Below, in pieces: positions 17,373 through 27,254 of a DNA stretch of 45,405 bases. The translations under genes and the position numbers were made by a program. Origin of the DNA: Candidatus Parcubacteria bacterium (lineage in GTDB: Bacteria; Patescibacteriota; Minisyncoccia; Phycocordibacterales; UBA2100); assembly GCA_039798465.1 (NCBI GenBank), contig JBDKGA010000038.1, forward strand, positions 1 through 45,405, read 5' to 3'. The first letter of the stretch is position 1, and each line of letters opens with the position of its first letter. The notes beneath the pieces were generated by a model. That model saw only the letters and a list, made by a program, of their open reading frames with translations. It did not search any database and was not told the DNA's origin.

Positions 17373-17909
17373 ATGAATCTCGACAACGAAGATATAGAAT
17401 TTTCTCCCGACGAGGAAATGGGTGATTTGTCTGGAGCACAAGCCAAGATTAAAAAACTTCGTGACGAGCTCAAGGAGGCACAGAAAAAAGCTGCCGAAAA
17501 TCTCGACGGCTGGCAACGCTGCAAGGCAGAGAGCATAAACGCTCGCAAAGATGCTTTGCGCGATGCCGAACGCGCCACCGAACGAGAGAAGGATTCTTTT
17601 ATACAAGACCTCCTTCCCGTACTCGACAGTTTTGACATGGCGGCCTCTACAGAGGCGTTCATAAATATGAGTGAAGATTGGCAGCAGGGGATTCGCCACA
17701 TACAAAACCAGCTGGTAGGCGTCTTGGAATCACATGGTATTGCGCGCTTTGGAGCGGTAGGAGACGTGTTTGATCCGCGCATTCACGAAGCACTGCAGGA
17801 AACAACTGACTTGCCAGGAGAGCCCCACACTATCGTGCGCATCATTCGCTATGGCTACCGAGCAGGCGAGCGAATCATCCGCCCTGTCCAGGCAATCATC
17901 CGCGCCTAG
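17373..17909 (+). CDS. grpE: Nucleotide exchange factor GrpE
   Basis: DLLPVLDSFDMA and FDPRIHEALQ...VRIIRYGYRAGERIIRPVQAII. Promoter TTGGAG-N16-TATACT (17361-17366) ends 6 nt before ATG 17373. Confidence 0.92.
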   Translation: MNLDNEDIEFSPDEEMGDLSGAQAKIKKLRDELKEAQKKAAENLDGWQRCKAESINARKDALRDAERATEREKDSFIQDLLPVLDSFDMAASTEAFINMSEDWQQGIRHIQNQLVGVLESHGIARFGAVGDVFDPRIHEALQETTDLPGEPHTIVRIIRYGYRAGERIIRPVQAIIRA

Positions 17910-17985
17910 TACTGCTCCACTAAACTATCCAATTGTCATATTTGCAGGAGCAAGGGGTCGTGATAGTCTAAGAGACACGAAACGT

Positions 17986-18564
17986 ATGGGGACAAAATTT
18001 AAAGGCATCAAGACCGCTGCAGAGTACCGTCGCGGAGAACTCGCGCGCGATATATTGCGATTGGTGGGCGCAGGCGTCGTTGTGGGAGCAAGTGTTATGG
18101 CTCCCAATACTATACAGCTTATTGATTACTTTAATCCGCAGGGTCGGGCTGAGCGCAACCGGCTCTGGAAGACGATAAAGTACCTCGAAAACAAACACCG
18201 CATCCAAATCGAGGAGCGCGGCGGAGAAAAATATGTGCTACTCACCGCGCATGGCCGCACCAAGCTCGACGAAGATGCTGTATGGGAGCTTGCTGTAGAG
18301 CGTCCGCGCGCCTGGGACCGTAAATGGCGCTTGGTTATGTTTGATTTTCCTTCGCATGTACAAACGCGTCATTCATTTCGCGTAAAGCTCGAGGACATGG
18401 GCTTTGTTCAGTATCAACGCTCTGTATTCATCTTTCCCTTTGAGTGCCACGAGGAAATACATGCAATCGCGCGCTGGTATGGCCTCGATGAATACATACG
18501 CTACATTGTTGCCACCGAAGTACACGACATGCGTCGCTTTGCCAAGCTCTTTGATTTGCTATGA
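17986..18564 (+). CDS. PaaX-like protein (winged-helix plus Cas2-like ferredoxin-fold domain), putative regulator
   Basis: WDRKWRLVMFDFPSHVQTRHSFRVKLEDMGFVQYQRSVFIFPFEC matches the PaaX/Cas2-like C-terminal signature as I recall it. ATG 17986 is preferred over ORF-track start 17770. Confidence 0.6.
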   Translation: MGTKFKGIKTAAEYRRGELARDILRLVGAGVVVGASVMAPNTIQLIDYFNPQGRAERNRLWKTIKYLENKHRIQIEERGGEKYVLLTAHGRTKLDEDAVWELAVERPRAWDRKWRLVMFDFPSHVQTRHSFRVKLEDMGFVQYQRSVFIFPFECHEEIHAIARWYGLDEYIRYIVATEVHDMRRFAKLFDLL

Positions 18565-18567
18565 CAT

Positions 18568-18641
18568 TTGACACAAACACGCACGCGATTACAATGTACC
18601 TGCTCCACTATTCTTAACATATGTTAAATTTAGAGGAGCAG
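18568..18641 (+). promoter_or_regulatory. dnaK promoter P1 plus nested palindromic operator candidate
   Basis: TTGACA (18568-18573), 16-nt spacer, TACAAT (18590-18595). Downstream is CTGCTCC (18600-18606) ... TTAACATATGTTAA (18614-18627, perfect 14-bp palindrome) ... GGAGCAG (18635-18641). Confidence 0.6.
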
Positions 18642-18693
18642 CGCAAAAATCACATTATTTAAAATACGTATTATTCATATAATTAATTCATCT

Positions 18694-20544
18694 ATGAGCA
18701 AGATACTCGGTATAGACTTGGGCACAACAAATTCCGCCATGGCAGTGGTAAAAAGCGACGGCCCTGAAATTCTCGAAAATGCAGAGGGTGTGCGCACGAC
18801 GCCGTCGATTATCGCAACATCCAAGACAGGGGAGCGCTTGGTGGGGCTTCTCGCCAAGCGTCAGGCCGTCACTAATCCTCTCAACACGGTCTATCAGATC
18901 AAGCGCTTCATCGGACATACCTTCGACGAATCCGGCGTGCAGAAAGATAAATCTGCTGTTCCATTTGAGGTGCGCAAAGCACAAAACGGTGGTGTCGAGG
19001 TAAAAATGGCCGACAAGTGGTACCGCCCCGAAGAAGCCTCCGCGATGATACTGCAGAAGCTCAAGGCAGACGCAGAGGCACGTCTCGGCGAGCCTATTAC
19101 GGAAGCTGTCATTACCGTACCGGCATATTTCAACGACGCACAGCGTCAGGCAACAAAAGATGCTGGCAAAATTGCGGGACTCGACGTGAAGCGCATCATC
19201 AATGAACCCACCGCCGCCGCGCTCGCGTACGGCTTCAACAAAAAGAAAGACGAGAAGATTGTCGTATTCGACTTTGGTGGCGGCACCTTCGATATATCGG
19301 TACTCGAGGTTGGCGATGATGTTATCGAAGTTCGCAGCACCGACGGCGACGCCCACCTCGGCGGCAAAGACATCGACCAAAAGGTCATGCAGTGGCTTGC
19401 CGATGAGTTTAAAAAGGAGAGCGGTATCGACATCTTGAAAGACACGCTCGCGCGTCAGCGTCTCGACGAAGCAGCCGAAAAGGCAAAGATAGAGCTCTCC
19501 ACCGCTGTTGAGACCGAGGTAAACATACCCTTCATCACCTCTGATGCTTCGGGTCCGCGCCACTTGCTAGTAAAGCTCACGCGCGCAAAGCTCGAAGAGC
19601 TCACCCGTGAATTTGTAGACCGCGCCCTCAGTATCACCAAGCGCGCAATGGAAGCTTCGCCATTCAAGATAGGTGACATCAATGAAATAATCCTGGTTGG
19701 AGGTCAAACACGCATGCCGGCAATGCAGAAAGCGGTTGAAGACTACTTTGGCAAAAAGCCAAACATGAGCGTAAATCCCGATGAGGTCGTTGCCATGGGC
19801 GCAGCTATTCAGGGCGGCATTCTCCGCGGCGATGTCAAAGACGTGCTCTTGCTCGACGTCATCCCACTCTCACTCGGCATCGAAACAATGGGTGGCGTCG
19901 CGACCAAACTCATCGAACGCAATACCACTATCCCGACATCCAAATCACAAACGTTTTCTACCGCTTCAGACAATCAGCCGAGCGTGGAGATACACGTAGT
20001 ACAGGGAGAGCGCCCCATGGCGGCCGACAACAAATCGCTCGGGCGATTCAATCTCGATGGCATTCCACCAGCCACGCGTGGTACACCCAAAATCGAAGTC
20101 TCATTCGATATCGACGCCAATGGTATCTTGAGCGTCAAAGCAAAAGATCAGAACACCGGCAAGGAACAGTCTATTCGCATCGAAGCATCGTCGGGTCTCT
20201 CTGATGCTGATGTCGAAAAGATGCGCAAAGACGCAGAGCTCCATGCAGACGAAGACAAGAAAAAGCGCGAGCTCGTCGAAGTGCAAAACGGCGCGGAGCA
20301 ATTGGTCTACACTGCCGAAAAATCTCTCAAGGAATATGGCGACAAGGTGAGCGAGGATATCAAAAAGGAGGTTTCCGAGAAGCTCGAGAATCTCAAAGCG
20401 GCTCGCACTGGCACTGATTCGGCAGCTATTTCTGCGGCAAGCGACGCACTCTCAGGTGCGCTCTCAAAAATCGGAGAGGCGATACAGAAGCAGCAACCAG
20501 GCACTGAGACACCGCCACAAGACAGCGCACAAGCACAGCAATAA
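18694..20544 (+). CDS. dnaK: Molecular chaperone DnaK (Hsp70)
   Basis: [17 protein letters not shown]-type motif ([10 protein letters not shown]), VGGQTRMP and [12 protein letters not shown]. Confidence 0.98.
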   Translation: MSKILGIDLGTTNSAMAVVKSDGPEILENAEGVRTTPSIIATSKTGERLVGLLAKRQAVTNPLNTVYQIKRFIGHTFDESGVQKDKSAVPFEVRKAQNGGVEVKMADKWYRPEEASAMILQKLKADAEARLGEPITEAVITVPAYFNDAQRQATKDAGKIAGLDVKRIINEPTAAALAYGFNKKKDEKIVVFDFGGGTFDISVLEVGDDVIEVRSTDGDAHLGGKDIDQKVMQWLADEFKKESGIDILKDTLARQRLDEAAEKAKIELSTAVETEVNIPFITSDASGPRHLLVKLTRAKLEELTREFVDRALSITKRAMEASPFKIGDINEIILVGGQTRMPAMQKAVEDYFGKKPNMSVNPDEVVAMGAAIQGGILRGDVKDVLLLDVIPLSLGIETMGGVATKLIERNTTIPTSKSQTFSTASDNQPSVEIHVVQGERPMAADNKSLGRFNLDGIPPATRGTPKIEVSFDIDANGILSVKAKDQNTGKEQSIRIEASSGLSDADVEKMRKDAELHADEDKKKRELVEVQNGAEQLVYTAEKSLKEYGDKVSEDIKKEVSEKLENLKAARTGTDSAAISAASDALSGALSKIGEAIQKQQPGTETPPQDSAQAQQ

Positions 20545-20591
20545 TCTCGTTTCTTGCGTGCGCCACCCTGCGCGCCTATAATCCCTGATGC

Positions 20592-21693
20592 ATGAGTAAG
20601 AACTACTACGACATCCTTGGCGTTGCAAAAAAACGCGAGCGAAGAGGACATCAAAAAGGCTTTTCGCAAGCTGGCACAGCAGTACCATCCCGACAAAAAA
20701 GGCGGCGATGAAAAACGCTTCAAGGAAGTGAGCGAAGCGTACGCCGTACTTTCCGACAAAAAGAAACGCGCCCAGTACGATCAGTTTGGGCAGTACCAGG
20801 CGGGCGGACCGCAGGGTGGCTTTGGTGGTGGCGCCGGATTCGAAGGATTTGATTTCTCTCAATTCCAAAATGGTTTCCAAGGGAGCTTCAACATGAACGG
20901 TCAGGAATTCGATATCGGCGATATCTTTGGCGAATTCTTTGGCGGCGCACGCGGCGCTTCGCGCGGAAAACCACGCGGTCGTGATATCTCAATAGATATA
21001 GAGCTCACCTTCAAAGAGGGGATTCTCGGTACCGAGCGTCGTGTCCTTATTGCAAAAGTTGCCTCCTGCGCCGAATGCTCAGGAACTGGGGCAAAAAAGG
21101 GAAGCAAGCTCACTACCTGCGCGACCTGCAACGGAAAGGGTGACATACGCGAAACTCGTAACACATTCTTTGGCGCCGTCACTACGGCCCGCGCATGCCC
21201 TTCGTGTGCCGGACGCGGTCAGACACCCGAAACTCCCTGTGCATCATGTCGCGGCGATGGTGTGCGCAAACAAGAAGAAGAAATACACGTGGTCGTTCCG
21301 GCCGGTGTCGAAGATGGCGAAATGATTCGCATGCCCGGCAAAGGCGAAGTCGCACCCGGTGGTGGAGCAGGGGATTTGTACGTCAAACTCCACGTTCGTG
21401 CCGATGCCCGTTTTGTGCGCGACGGTTCTCACCTCTACACAACTCTTTCAATAAAACTCACCGAGGCACTCCTTGGTGCCGAACGAGAGGTACCGACAAT
21501 AGAGGGGACCGCACGCATTGCGGTTCCGGCTGGCACGACACAGGGCGACACCGTGCGCGTGCGCGGCGAAGGCGTGCCCACAGGCCGAAGCGGTCGCGGA
21601 GATTTGATAGTGCGCATCTCGATAGATATGCCAAAAAAATTATCACGCACTGCGCGCGCGGCAATAGAAGAACTACAAAAAGAAGGCCTGTAG
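20592..21693 (+). CDS. dnaJ: Molecular chaperone DnaJ, reading frame interrupted in an A7 run (20627-20633)
   Basis: [12 protein letters not shown] is encoded from ATG 20592 in one frame. [23 protein letters not shown] continues in the frame of ORF 20617..21693. Four CxxCxGxG zinc-finger repeats are present. TATAAT (20577-20582) lies 9 nt before ATG 20592. Confidence 0.88.
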
Positions 21694-21794
21694 GCAAGAC
21701 ACATGCTCGCAAGGGGGTTCGCGCCGCGGCGGCGGTGCGACTTCAGGATTTTTCGAGCACGAAAAATGCGTATCCGAGCAAGCATGAGTCTTGC
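21694..21794 (+). repeat. Compound inverted-repeat element D
   Basis: Arms gcaagacacatgctcgc (21694-21710) and gcaagcatgagtcttgc (21778-21794) pair at 15 of 17 positions. Inner hairpin atttttcg-agca-cgaaaaat (21748-21767) is preceded by cagg. Confidence 0.6.
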
Positions 21795-21866
21795 TGTTTC
21801 TGCGCGACAAAAACTTACACACCTTCCTGCGTTGAAAACACGCTCTAAACGCGCGATACTTCATCT

Positions 21867-22361
21867 ATGGATTTGGCTGCCTCTACTACTGCTGCACTAG
21901 TTACTATCTCAAATCTGCCTGCCGATATATTCATCATCGGCGCACTCGCTCTCGCCGGTACATTTGACGGATACCGCACGGGAGCTGCCTATGCGAGCAG
22001 CGCGGCTCTAGCGCTCATTTGTGCCTCATATCTTTCTGCACTATTTCCACACACGGCACTTATCGCCACCCTTCCTCCCGCACCATATCAAGCCGCCGCA
22101 CTCGTCGGAGTACTAGCGGTCATCTTTTTCTTCCTACTGCGACGTATGACCGAAGTATTTGGATATGGCACCTCTGGCCTCGTGTCCGGGCTCCTTGCGG
22201 GAGCCGGATTTACCGCGATTGTTGTCAGTGTATGGGTGGGTACTCCCGCACTTGATGCAGTATGGGCATTCGGTCCTTCCATTAAAACGGTTGTTTCTGA
22301 GAGCTACCGCCTCTATCTTATCGTTGGCGGTTGTGCAGCGCTCGCCTTTGCGCGGACATAA
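21867..22361 (+). CDS. Hypothetical integral membrane protein (about 4 TM, possibly CvpA-like)
   Basis: Hydrophobic 164-aa ORF. GATACT (21855-21860) lies 6 nt before the ATG. Confidence 0.6.
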   Translation: MDLAASTTAALVTISNLPADIFIIGALALAGTFDGYRTGAAYASSAALALICASYLSALFPHTALIATLPPAPYQAAALVGVLAVIFFFLLRRMTEVFGYGTSGLVSGLLAGAGFTAIVVSVWVGTPALDAVWAFGPSIKTVVSESYRLYLIVGGCAALAFART

Positions 22362-22426
22362 GCAGCCGCCTGTTCCTGTGGAAAGTTGTATGGCTTACCC
22401 GCGGTAGGAATGCTAGAGTTGCTACC

Positions 22427-23293
22427 ATGCACTTGAGCGCACGTCTTGCGCAGCTAAAATCTATTCTCATCCCGAATTCTCTCTCGGGGCTTTTTCTAGC
22501 ACCGATATCTCTCGAAGGTATCGCCTTATACCCGACCGATGCAGTCGCAGAACTCACGCGGCGAGCCGGAAACACTGATCTAAGAAAACAAGTGGAAGAA
22601 TATCTCCAGCACGATATTCCATCATATATGCAAGATACGCCAGTTCTCTGTCTTGCTCGCTATATCGCAACGCCAAATTTTGAAACACTGAGATTCTTGG
22701 CACTCACCGAGCCATTTGGGCTGCCTGCTGTAGTGACAGAGGACCCCGGCGACAAATTCTCTGCACACAATCACCTCAAACGTGCACTCTGCAAACTTCC
22801 CATCACAGAACGCCTGCATCAAAAACATGGGAGATTGCACGAGCGTTTCCGTCCTCATACCATCATTGATTTTACGAAAGCGGAGGGCAAAAAGCTTAAT
22901 GAAATAGAAACGCTGTGGGGAGAAAAACTCACGGCCTTCCATGCGCGCGCATTTGCACAGATGGTCAAGAGCCCGGTCATCGTTGCAAACGACACCGCAT
23001 GGCTCGACCGCAACGGGCGCGGCAATCTACTTGAGCTCTACAAGCGATATCTATCCCTCTTCGTTGTGCACGGTATTTTGTTTGAGGATTATGTTTTATC
23101 AGACGCGCAAGACGCAGAGTTTGTAAAAACCATTGTGCGCCCGGCGGTAGAATTCGTTGAAAACAAATTTGGTCACAAACCTCTCATCGCAGAACTTGTT
23201 CCACAAACATTTGAAAGCAGCACGTTTTGGATTAGTTATCCCAAGCGCATCCGCGAACTCGCCAGCGAACAAGGGCTTCGAAACCACCTATGA
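22427..23293 (+). CDS. Hypothetical protein (288 aa)
   Basis: TGcTAGAGT (22411-22419) lies 7 nt before ATG 22427. The stop overlaps the next start (ATGA at 23290). No family recognised. Confidence 0.65.
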   Translation: MHLSARLAQLKSILIPNSLSGLFLAPISLEGIALYPTDAVAELTRRAGNTDLRKQVEEYLQHDIPSYMQDTPVLCLARYIATPNFETLRFLALTEPFGLPAVVTEDPGDKFSAHNHLKRALCKLPITERLHQKHGRLHERFRPHTIIDFTKAEGKKLNEIETLWGEKLTAFHARAFAQMVKSPVIVANDTAWLDRNGRGNLLELYKRYLSLFVVHGILFEDYVLSDAQDAEFVKTIVRPAVEFVENKFGHKPLIAELVPQTFESSTFWISYPKRIRELASEQGLRNHL

Positions 23294-24213
23294 CAAGTGC
23301 TTGGTTTTTCATAGCACTCGTGGGGCCATTCATGTACGCGCTCACGAATCACATAGACAAAATTCTCTTGGAGAAATACTTTAAGGATGGCGGTGTCGGC
23401 ACATTACTTCTTGTGTCGTCGCTCATTGCATTTCTTGCGTTACCGTTCTTCTTCCTCATGGACCCGCACGTCCTCGACGTAAGCGCAATGAACATCTTCA
23501 TCCTCGCAATCGTGGGCATTCTCAATGTGATTGTACTTTGGCTGTACCTCCTCGCACTCAAAGATGAGGAAGCGTCGGTTGCGGTTGTCTTTTACCAACT
23601 GATGCCAGTCTTTGGGTATGCACTTGGCTACCTTATCCTCGACGAAACGCTCACACAGATGCAGCTCATCGCAATGGCCATCATCATATTTGGCACGACT
23701 ATCATTTCATTTGAGGTGGACGAGGACAACGCATTTACGCTCCGTACCAGCACGATAGCGCTGATGCTGGGCGCCTCCCTCGCATGGGCACTTGAATCAG
23801 TGATATTTAAGGCGGTCGCTCTCGAAGAAAATCTCTGGGGCACACTCTTTTGGGAACACCTCGCGCTTGCGATGTGTGGTGTTTTCATATTCACAATGAG
23901 CAAATCGTACCGACGCCACTTTCTCCATGCGCTCAGTGAAAATTCTCGCAGTATTCTCGCACTCAATCTTTTGAATGAAGGTCTCTATCTTGTCGGTAAC
24001 GTTGTATTTTCGTTTGCATACCTACTGGCCCCGATTGCACTCGTCCTCCTTACCGAGTCATATCAGCCGCTCTTTGTCTTTGCGATAGGCATCTTCCTTA
24101 CTCTATTCTTTCCTCGCATTACCGCCGAGAAAATACATGCCCGACATCTCTTTCAGAAAGCACTGGCAATAATAATCACTGGCATCGGCACGTACCTTCT
24201 CCTCACATCCTAA
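23290..24213 (+). CDS. DMT superfamily (EamA-like) transporter
   Basis: About 10 predicted TM helices arranged as two repeated halves, typical of EamA domains. Confidence 0.7.
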   Translation: MTSAWFFIALVGPFMYALTNHIDKILLEKYFKDGGVGTLLLVSSLIAFLALPFFFLMDPHVLDVSAMNIFILAIVGILNVIVLWLYLLALKDEEASVAVVFYQLMPVFGYALGYLILDETLTQMQLIAMAIIIFGTTIISFEVDEDNAFTLRTSTIALMLGASLAWALESVIFKAVALEENLWGTLFWEHLALAMCGVFIFTMSKSYRRHFLHALSENSRSILALNLLNEGLYLVGNVVFSFAYLLAPIALVLLTESYQPLFVFAIGIFLTLFFPRITAEKIHARHLFQKALAIIITGIGTYLLLTS

Positions 24214-24244
24214 GCAGCCCAACATTCCTGCTATACTTTAGAAT

Positions 24245-24640
24245 ATGGATGCCGAACGCGTCGCGCAGAAGCTCCCGCTTATTCTCCTTATCGCGCTTGC
24301 GCTTTCTGCGGCGGCTTCTTTCTATCGCTTCATTGTCCTAGAAGATTACATTGTTCGCTACGAGGTACCCTGTGATCCTGCTTCACAAGACTGTTTCGTG
24401 GGCTGCGAAGATACCGCCTGTGCCGAATACCATTTTTATGCCGAGGCTCGCAAACAGGCCCGCGACCTCTCGGCCGCCTGCGGGGGAGACGTGAGTGAGT
24501 GCCCTGCGGCAGAGCGCTGCGTACCAAGCGACACCTACTGCACGATCACGTACTGCGATACCACAGACCCAGACGCTCAATGCGAGACCGTACAAAGCGG
24601 CGCGCAAACAGAGGAGCCCGAACTTCTCGATACTCTATGA
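24245..24640 (+). CDS. Membrane-anchored cysteine-rich small protein (10 Cys)
   Basis: N-terminal TM helix LPLILLIALALSAAASF, then a Cys-rich acidic domain. TGcTATACT (24229-24237) lies 7 nt before the ATG. Confidence 0.6.
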   Translation: MDAERVAQKLPLILLIALALSAAASFYRFIVLEDYIVRYEVPCDPASQDCFVGCEDTACAEYHFYAEARKQARDLSAACGGDVSECPAAERCVPSDTYCTITYCDTTDPDAQCETVQSGAQTEEPELLDTL

Positions 24641-26286
24641 TCTGCCACCTCTTCCCAGAACCGAGCTTTCTTGTATTTTCTACCGAACTTTCGGAGCTTT
24701 TTTATTACGCGCACCTGCCAACAGTGTTCGTCGCGCTCGCGGTTGGTCTCTTTGTATTTGCGAGCGCACCCCATCAGCTTCTCAACAGACTCCTATTCGT
24801 CCTCTCGATACTGTTTGCCCTCTGGATTGGAGCCAATCTTGTTGTGTGGACGAATATCCATAGCCAGGTAATCCTCTTCGCATGGTCTTTCTTCTGGCTA
24901 CTCTCTGGCCTTATCGCACTCACTGCAATATACCTGGTCTCGGTGTTTGTGACCCAGCGCGATATAGGGCCTGCACAAAAACTATTGCTCGCCGTGCTCG
25001 CGCTCCCGCTCATTATACTGGCGCCCACAAAAGCCAACTTGAGCGGATTCGATCTTGTTGCGTGCGATGCGTTCGGATTTGAAAGCGAATTTTTCTCTTT
25101 CTATCCAGTACTACTCGGCACCCTCGCGGTAGGGTGGATATTCATACTGCTCATTCGTTCTTCTCGAAACACAGCTCCAGCTCGACGCTTTGAGATATCA
25201 CTTTTAGGAGCAGGAATCGAAATCTTTCTCATTCTGTTTTTCGCGACAGACTTCATCTCTTCTCAGTTAACAAGCATAGGTGTATTTGAGGACTCAGAAC
25301 TCGAACTCTACGGACTCTTCGGTATGACCATATTTATGGTCTACATCGAGATTTTGCTCGTACGCAGCACAACGTTTAGTATCGGGCTTATTGCTTCCCA
25401 AGTACTCGTCCCTGCGCTCGCCGTCCTCATCGGCGCGCAGCTCACCTTCGTCCAGACACCAACGAGCATCGCGCTCACCTGTATCGCGCTCATATTTACG
25501 CTTATACTGGGGACGATTCTCGTGCGAAGTATCCGCAAAGAGGTCCGCCTACGCCAAACAGTAGAAGCTCAAGAACAGGAGCTCGAAAAAATTAACGCCC
25601 AGCAAGTAAACCTCCTTCACTTCATATCCCACGAAATAAAGGGGAATCTCAACAAAGCGCAGGGAGTATTTGCCGGCATGCTCGAGGGTGATTATGGGCA
25701 ACTTTCTGCAGAACTTTCGCATATTGCAAAAGGAAGCCTCGACGACGTGCGTGGCGGTATCGCGATGGTTATGGATATTCTTGATGCCTCCAATCTCCGC
25801 AAGGGAAGCGTGTCGTACGACAAGAAGCCTTTTGATATACGTCATACCGTCCTTGCAACAACCGACGCGGTACGCAATGTAGCTATGGCGCGCGGATTGC
25901 AGGTGGAAGTAATTACGCCACCTTCGGGAGCACTCACCATAAACGGAGACGAGGCGAAACTCGAAAAGCATGTGATACGAAACCTCGTTGACAACGCAAT
26001 TCACTACACACAAGAAGGATTTGTGCGAGTCTCGATACACGCCGTCAACAATACGGTACGATTCGCCGTCGAAGACAGTGGTGTGGGAATCACCCCCGAA
26101 GATATGGCACATCTCTTTACCGAAGGAGGAAAGGGAAAAGATTCAACGAAGATAAACGTAAACTCAACCGGCTACGGGCTCTTTATCGCCAGACAGGTGG
26201 TGGAGGCGCATGGAGGAACTATTCGGGCCGAATCAGAGGGAGCAGGGAAAGGATCGCGCTTCGTGGTAGAGCTGCCTCTCGCGTGA
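24637..26286 (+). CDS. Sensor histidine kinase with a multi-TM N-terminal domain
   Basis: H-box LHFISHEIKGNL, N-box VIRNLVDNAIHYT, G-boxes EDSGVGI and GYGLFIA. ATG 24637 overlaps the previous stop (ATGA). The ORF-track start 24499 lies inside the previous gene. Confidence 0.88.
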   Translation: MICHLFPEPSFLVFSTELSELFYYAHLPTVFVALAVGLFVFASAPHQLLNRLLFVLSILFALWIGANLVVWTNIHSQVILFAWSFFWLLSGLIALTAIYLVSVFVTQRDIGPAQKLLLAVLALPLIILAPTKANLSGFDLVACDAFGFESEFFSFYPVLLGTLAVGWIFILLIRSSRNTAPARRFEISLLGAGIEIFLILFFATDFISSQLTSIGVFEDSELELYGLFGMTIFMVYIEILLVRSTTFSIGLIASQVLVPALAVLIGAQLTFVQTPTSIALTCIALIFTLILGTILVRSIRKEVRLRQTVEAQEQELEKINAQQVNLLHFISHEIKGNLNKAQGVFAGMLEGDYGQLSAELSHIAKGSLDDVRGGIAMVMDILDASNLRKGSVSYDKKPFDIRHTVLATTDAVRNVAMARGLQVEVITPPSGALTINGDEAKLEKHVIRNLVDNAIHYTQEGFVRVSIHAVNNTVRFAVEDSGVGITPEDMAHLFTEGGKGKDSTKINVNSTGYGLFIARQVVEAHGGTIRAESEGAGKGSRFVVELPLA

Positions 26287-26299
26287 TATTATCGGGGAC

Positions 26300-27238
26300 A
26301 TGAAGCCGCGCCTTCTTACTGGCCTGCAGCCTTCGGGCACCCTCCACATAGGGAACTATTTTGGCGCACTCAAGCCCTTTGCGGCACTTCTCAAGCACTA
26401 CGATGCAACGCTCATGGTGGCCGATTACCACGCCCTCACCACACTGCGCGACCCGGCCGCTCTGCGGCAAAATATTATTGACGTGGTAAAAGACTACCTC
26501 GCGGTGGGCGTAAACCCAGCCGAGGCTACCATATTCAAACAATCCGACGTACCCGAACACACCGAGCTCGCATGGATATTTGAGTGCTTGGTAACGGTCC
26601 CATTTCTCGAGCTCGCTCATTCATACAAAGACAAGGTGGCGAAGGGGCTCGAAGCAAATGCAGGGCTCTTTAATTACCCCATGCTCATGGCGGCCGATAT
26701 ATTGCTCTACGACACCGACGTGGTGCCCGTGGGAGCGGATCAGCGTCAGCACGTGGAATACGCACGCGAAGCTGCTTCGAAGTTCAACAACGCGTACGCA
26801 CCACTCTTCAAGGAGCCGAAAGAAAAGATTCAAGAAGAGGTTTCGATAATTCCGGGGACCGATGGCAAAAAGATGAGCAAGAGCTACGGCAACACCATTC
26901 CGCTCTTTGCCACGCGCGACGAAATCGCAAAAGCGGTGATGAGTATTGTGACCGATAGCTCCGGCGAACGCCCCGAAAATGTATACGCTATCCACAAAAA
27001 CTTCCGCCGCTCCGAGGATATCGAGGCGATATACGAGGAGCACCGCGGCAAATACAAGGTGCTCAAAGAGGCGCTCATCGAAGACATCGATACCATGATT
27101 GCCCCTATGCGCGAAATGCGCGAGGCGATATCTGATACCGATGTGCGACATGTGCTTGCAGACGGTGCCGAGAGGGCACGTGCACGAGCCGCTGCCAAAA
27201 TGAAAGCGGTGCGAGAAGCAGTAGGTATAACTATCTAA
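26300..27238 (+). CDS. trpS: Tryptophan--tRNA ligase
   Basis: TGLQPSGTLHIGNYFG (HIGH-type motif) and KMSKS. TGaTATTAT (26284-26292) lies 7 nt before the ATG. Confidence 0.93.
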   Translation: MKPRLLTGLQPSGTLHIGNYFGALKPFAALLKHYDATLMVADYHALTTLRDPAALRQNIIDVVKDYLAVGVNPAEATIFKQSDVPEHTELAWIFECLVTVPFLELAHSYKDKVAKGLEANAGLFNYPMLMAADILLYDTDVVPVGADQRQHVEYAREAASKFNNAYAPLFKEPKEKIQEEVSIIPGTDGKKMSKSYGNTIPLFATRDEIAKAVMSIVTDSSGERPENVYAIHKNFRRSEDIEAIYEEHRGKYKVLKEALIEDIDTMIAPMREMREAISDTDVRHVLADGAERARARAAAKMKAVREAVGITI

Positions 27239-27254
27239 ATTACATTTCTTTCTT

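Noticed and set aside
18600-18641. CIRCE or HAIR heat-shock operator upstream of dnaK.
   Set aside because: The sequence matches neither TTAGCACTC-N9-GAGTGCTAA nor CTTGAGT-N7-ACTCAAG. It is reported instead as an unclassified palindrome.
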